This document shows, piece by piece, positions 61,552 through 64,000 of a DNA stretch of 64,000 nt. The stretch comes from a bacterium (GTDB taxonomy: Bacteria; UBA8248): the NCBI GenBank assembly GCA_965207065.1, contig OZ242260.1:1088001-1152000 (forward strand), in the 5' to 3' direction. A model generated the notes under the pieces. It was not told the DNA's origin and made no database searches. It was given only the letters and a program-made list of their open reading frames with translations. The translations under genes and the position numbers were made by a program. How positions within the stretch are numbered: the stretch's first letter is position 1; each line of letters starts with the position of its first letter.

Positions 61552-62949
61552 TGGTCGTCTCGATCGGCGCCGTCGCCGCCCCCGCGCAGGGCGCCTCCTA
61601 CTACGAGCGCGACGGCTACTACGCCAAGGACGACCCCGCCCACAGGGAGGTGAGCGCATGGGCAGGCAGGGGAGCGGAGGACCTTGGCCTCACGGGCCCG
61701 GTCGACCCGGAAATATTCAAGGCGGTGCTCGAGGGCGAAGTGCCCGACGGCTCGGGGAGAAAGCTCGGACGCAGGCGCAAGGAGGGCGTCCTGGAGCACC
61801 GGCCCGGACGCGACCTCACCTTCTCGGCCCCCAAATCCGTCTCGCTCGCTGCGCTGGTGGGCGGCGATACCCGTGTCGTCGAGGCACATGACCGGGCGGT
61901 CGAACGCACCCTCGCCTGGATCGAGGGCAACGCCGCTGAGACCAGGATGAAGGACCCGGAGACGGGCGGCATGGTCAAGGCCGGTGATCAGAAAACGGTG
62001 GCCGCCACCTTCCGCCACGACGCCTCACGCAACCTCGACCCCCAGCTTCACACCCACGCGGTGCTGGCCAACATGGTCCGGGGTCCGGACGGCAAGTGGA
62101 GGACGATGTCCAACGAGGCGCTCTACCGCCGCCAGAAGCTGATCGGCATGCTCTACAGGAGCGAGTTGGCGCAGGGACTGGGGAAGCTGGGCTACGCGAT
62201 TGAGAAGACGCACGCCGACGGGCGGTTCGAGGTCGCGGGCGTTCGCCGCGAGGTGATCGAGGCGTTCTCGACCCGGCGGGCGGAGATCGAGGCGGCCATG
62301 GACGAGAGAGGCCTGGGAACGACGGCCGCGAACCAGCGCCTCGCGGAGCGCGCGGCGCTCATGACCCGCGCCCGCAAGCGCGACGTGGACAAGAGCGCGC
62401 TCAGGGGCATTTGGGAGAAACAGGCAAAAGACTTAGGATTCGACCCCAAAGCCCTTGTGCCCGAAGCGGCCTCCAGGGTCGCCGGCCTGGAAGGCGCGGG
62501 GGAGGCCCGTGAGCCGTCGCAGGACCGGGGAATTGCCCAAGAAACCGGTCCGGCCGGTGAGGCTGTGGAATGGGCCGTGTCGCATCTCGCGGAGCGCGAA
62601 GCCGTGTTCGCCCGCGCCGACGCGCTGGCCGCCGCGCTGGCCTGGCGGCCGGGCGCGGTGTCCGCCCAAGCGGCGGAGAGGGCGCTGGGCGATCTCGAAA
62701 AAGCGGGACGGCTCCATGCCGCTCCGGCGCTCAAGGGGGGCGACGGCCTGACCACCGATAAGGCGCTGGCGGACGAACGCGAGACGATCGGGCTGATGCG
62801 GGACGGCCAGGGCCGGGGCCGGGCGGCAATGCGCACCTGGATGGTGCAGGCGCATCTGCACAAGGGACCGCTGACGCAGGGTCAGAGGGAAGCGGTCAAG
62901 CTCATCCTCTCGGCCAAAGACCGCGTCGTCGGCGTGCAGGGCTATGCCG
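61548..62949 (+). pseudogene. MOBF relaxase (TrwC/TraI-like), interrupted by RIT insertion
   Basis: YY..DGYY, DLTFSAPKSVS, HDASRNLDPQLHTH, FSTRR; breaks at helicase Walker A (VQGYA|). Confidence 0.9.
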
Positions 62950-64000
62950 TTATGCCGAGCTCGGCATAACCGCATTAATGCCGAGAAGTGGATAATGCCG
63001 AGTGATCTGCTAAATACGGCTTGTTTACAGGGTTTTTCGGCACATTCACTCGGCATTATATCTGGAGATCACTTGCCACCGAGAAGTTCCGTCAAGCTGT
63101 CCCTGACACCGGGGAAGGTCCCCGGTCTAATGGACGGCGGCGTGCGGGTCTCCAGGATGCGCAGCTTTTCGGCCGGGCTCGCACGGACGTACATCTCGGT
63201 GGTCTTGAGGTGCGCATGACCGAGCCACAGGGAGACCTTTCGGATGTCGCCGGTGGCATGCAGGATCGCCATGGCCGCGGAATGACGCAGCACATGCGGG
63301 GTCACTCTCTTGGTCTTGATCGACGCGACGGTCTTGGCGGCCGTGGTGACATGCTTGTCGAGCAGGTATGCGAAGCCGTCCGTGCTCATCGCCCGTCCCC
63401 GTGCATTGAGGAACATGTATCGGTTGGTGACCGACGGCCTGGCGTCGAGCCACTGATTGAGGACGGTCCTCGTTTCCTTCCACATGGGCAGTTCCCGTTC
63501 GCGTCGTCCCTTGCCCAGGATGCGGATGGTCCCGAGTCGGGGGCCGGACACGCTGTCGAGCGTGAGCGTTGTCAGTTCCGACACCCTCAACCCGGCGGCA
63601 TAGCACAGATGCAGCATCGCCCGGTCTCGCAGACCTGCCATCGTTCCAGTATCCGGGGCATCCAGGATCGCTTGCATTTCGGTCCGATCGAGCCAGTCGA
63701 TCAGCGGCTTGTCGGTGGTCTTTTGCGGTATGGCGCGTACCTGCAACGCGAGGTCGAGGCAGCTCGGCACACGGTATTCCAGATAACGGAAGAACGACTT
63801 GATGGCGGCAAGGCGGACATTGCGTGTGCCCACACTGTTGTTGCGGTCCTTCTCCAGGGACTCGAGGAAGGCCGACAGCAACGCCACCGTGAAGTGCTCG
63901 ATCTTGAGCTTGCAGGGACGGGTCCGGATCCGTTGCGCCGTGTAGGCCACGAGCAGCCGGAAGCACTCGGTGTAGCCCTGCAAGGTGTGGCGGCTGCATT
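62950..64000 (-). mobile_element. RIT-type element end (continues beyond window)
   Basis: Repeated TAATGCCGAG motifs at 62976 and 62993, inverted copy at 63049, next to a RitC-like gene. Confidence 0.75.
63069..64000 (-). CDS. RitC-like tyrosine recombinase (5' end outside window)
   Basis: TRNVRLAAIKSFFRY, GLRVSEL, GKGRRER, PHVLRHS, WLGH, TTEMY. Confidence 0.9.
   Translation of the reverse strand, partial: CSRHTLQGYTECFRLLVAYTAQRIRTRPCKLKIEHFTVALLSAFLESLEKDRNNSVGTRNVRLAAIKSFFRYLEYRVPSCLDLALQVRAIPQKTTDKPLIDWLDRTEMQAILDAPDTGTMAGLRDRAMLHLCYAAGLRVSELTTLTLDSVSGPRLGTIRILGKGRRERELPMWKETRTVLNQWLDARPSVTNRYMFLNARGRAMSTDGFAYLLDKHVTTAAKTVASIKTKRVTPHVLRHSAAMAILHATGDIRKVSLWLGHAHLKTTEMYVRASPAEKLRILETRTPPSIRPGTFPGVRDSLTELLGGK

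Overview
GC-rich bacterial window in three parts. (1) 1-33 kb is a dense catabolic and transport region. It holds two paralogous alpha/beta-hydrolases of the 2,6-dihydroxypseudooxynicotine-hydrolase/FrsA type, crotonases (one HmfE-like), an acyl-CoA ligase, VOC proteins, a creatininase-family enzyme and a sugar-type ABC importer. It also has an amidohydrolase+Rieske pair divergent from a frameshifted CoA-transferase III, an HMG-CoA-lyase-like enzyme, Dpp-type permeases, an FAH protein, two tandem TPP E1 alpha/beta pairs without E2/E3, a tandemly duplicated family-5 binding protein, an LLM oxidoreductase and an M24-fold enzyme lacking most metal ligands. (2) 33.6-42.9 kb is the atpF'FHAGDC part of a split ATP synthase operon plus a few metabolic genes. 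(3) 43-64 kb is a decaying genomic island or mobilisable element. It carries tandem tyrosine integrases, an HU remnant, a methyltransferase-fold + SPL-like radical SAM pair, a group II intron-like remnant, IS256 and IS1182 elements with MITE-like derivatives, HNH/HEPN defence-like genes, a candidate oriT, a TrwB-type coupling protein and a MOBF relaxase interrupted by a RIT element. All calls rest on motif recognition by eye; no database searches were run. No rRNA, intact tRNA or CRISPR array was seen.
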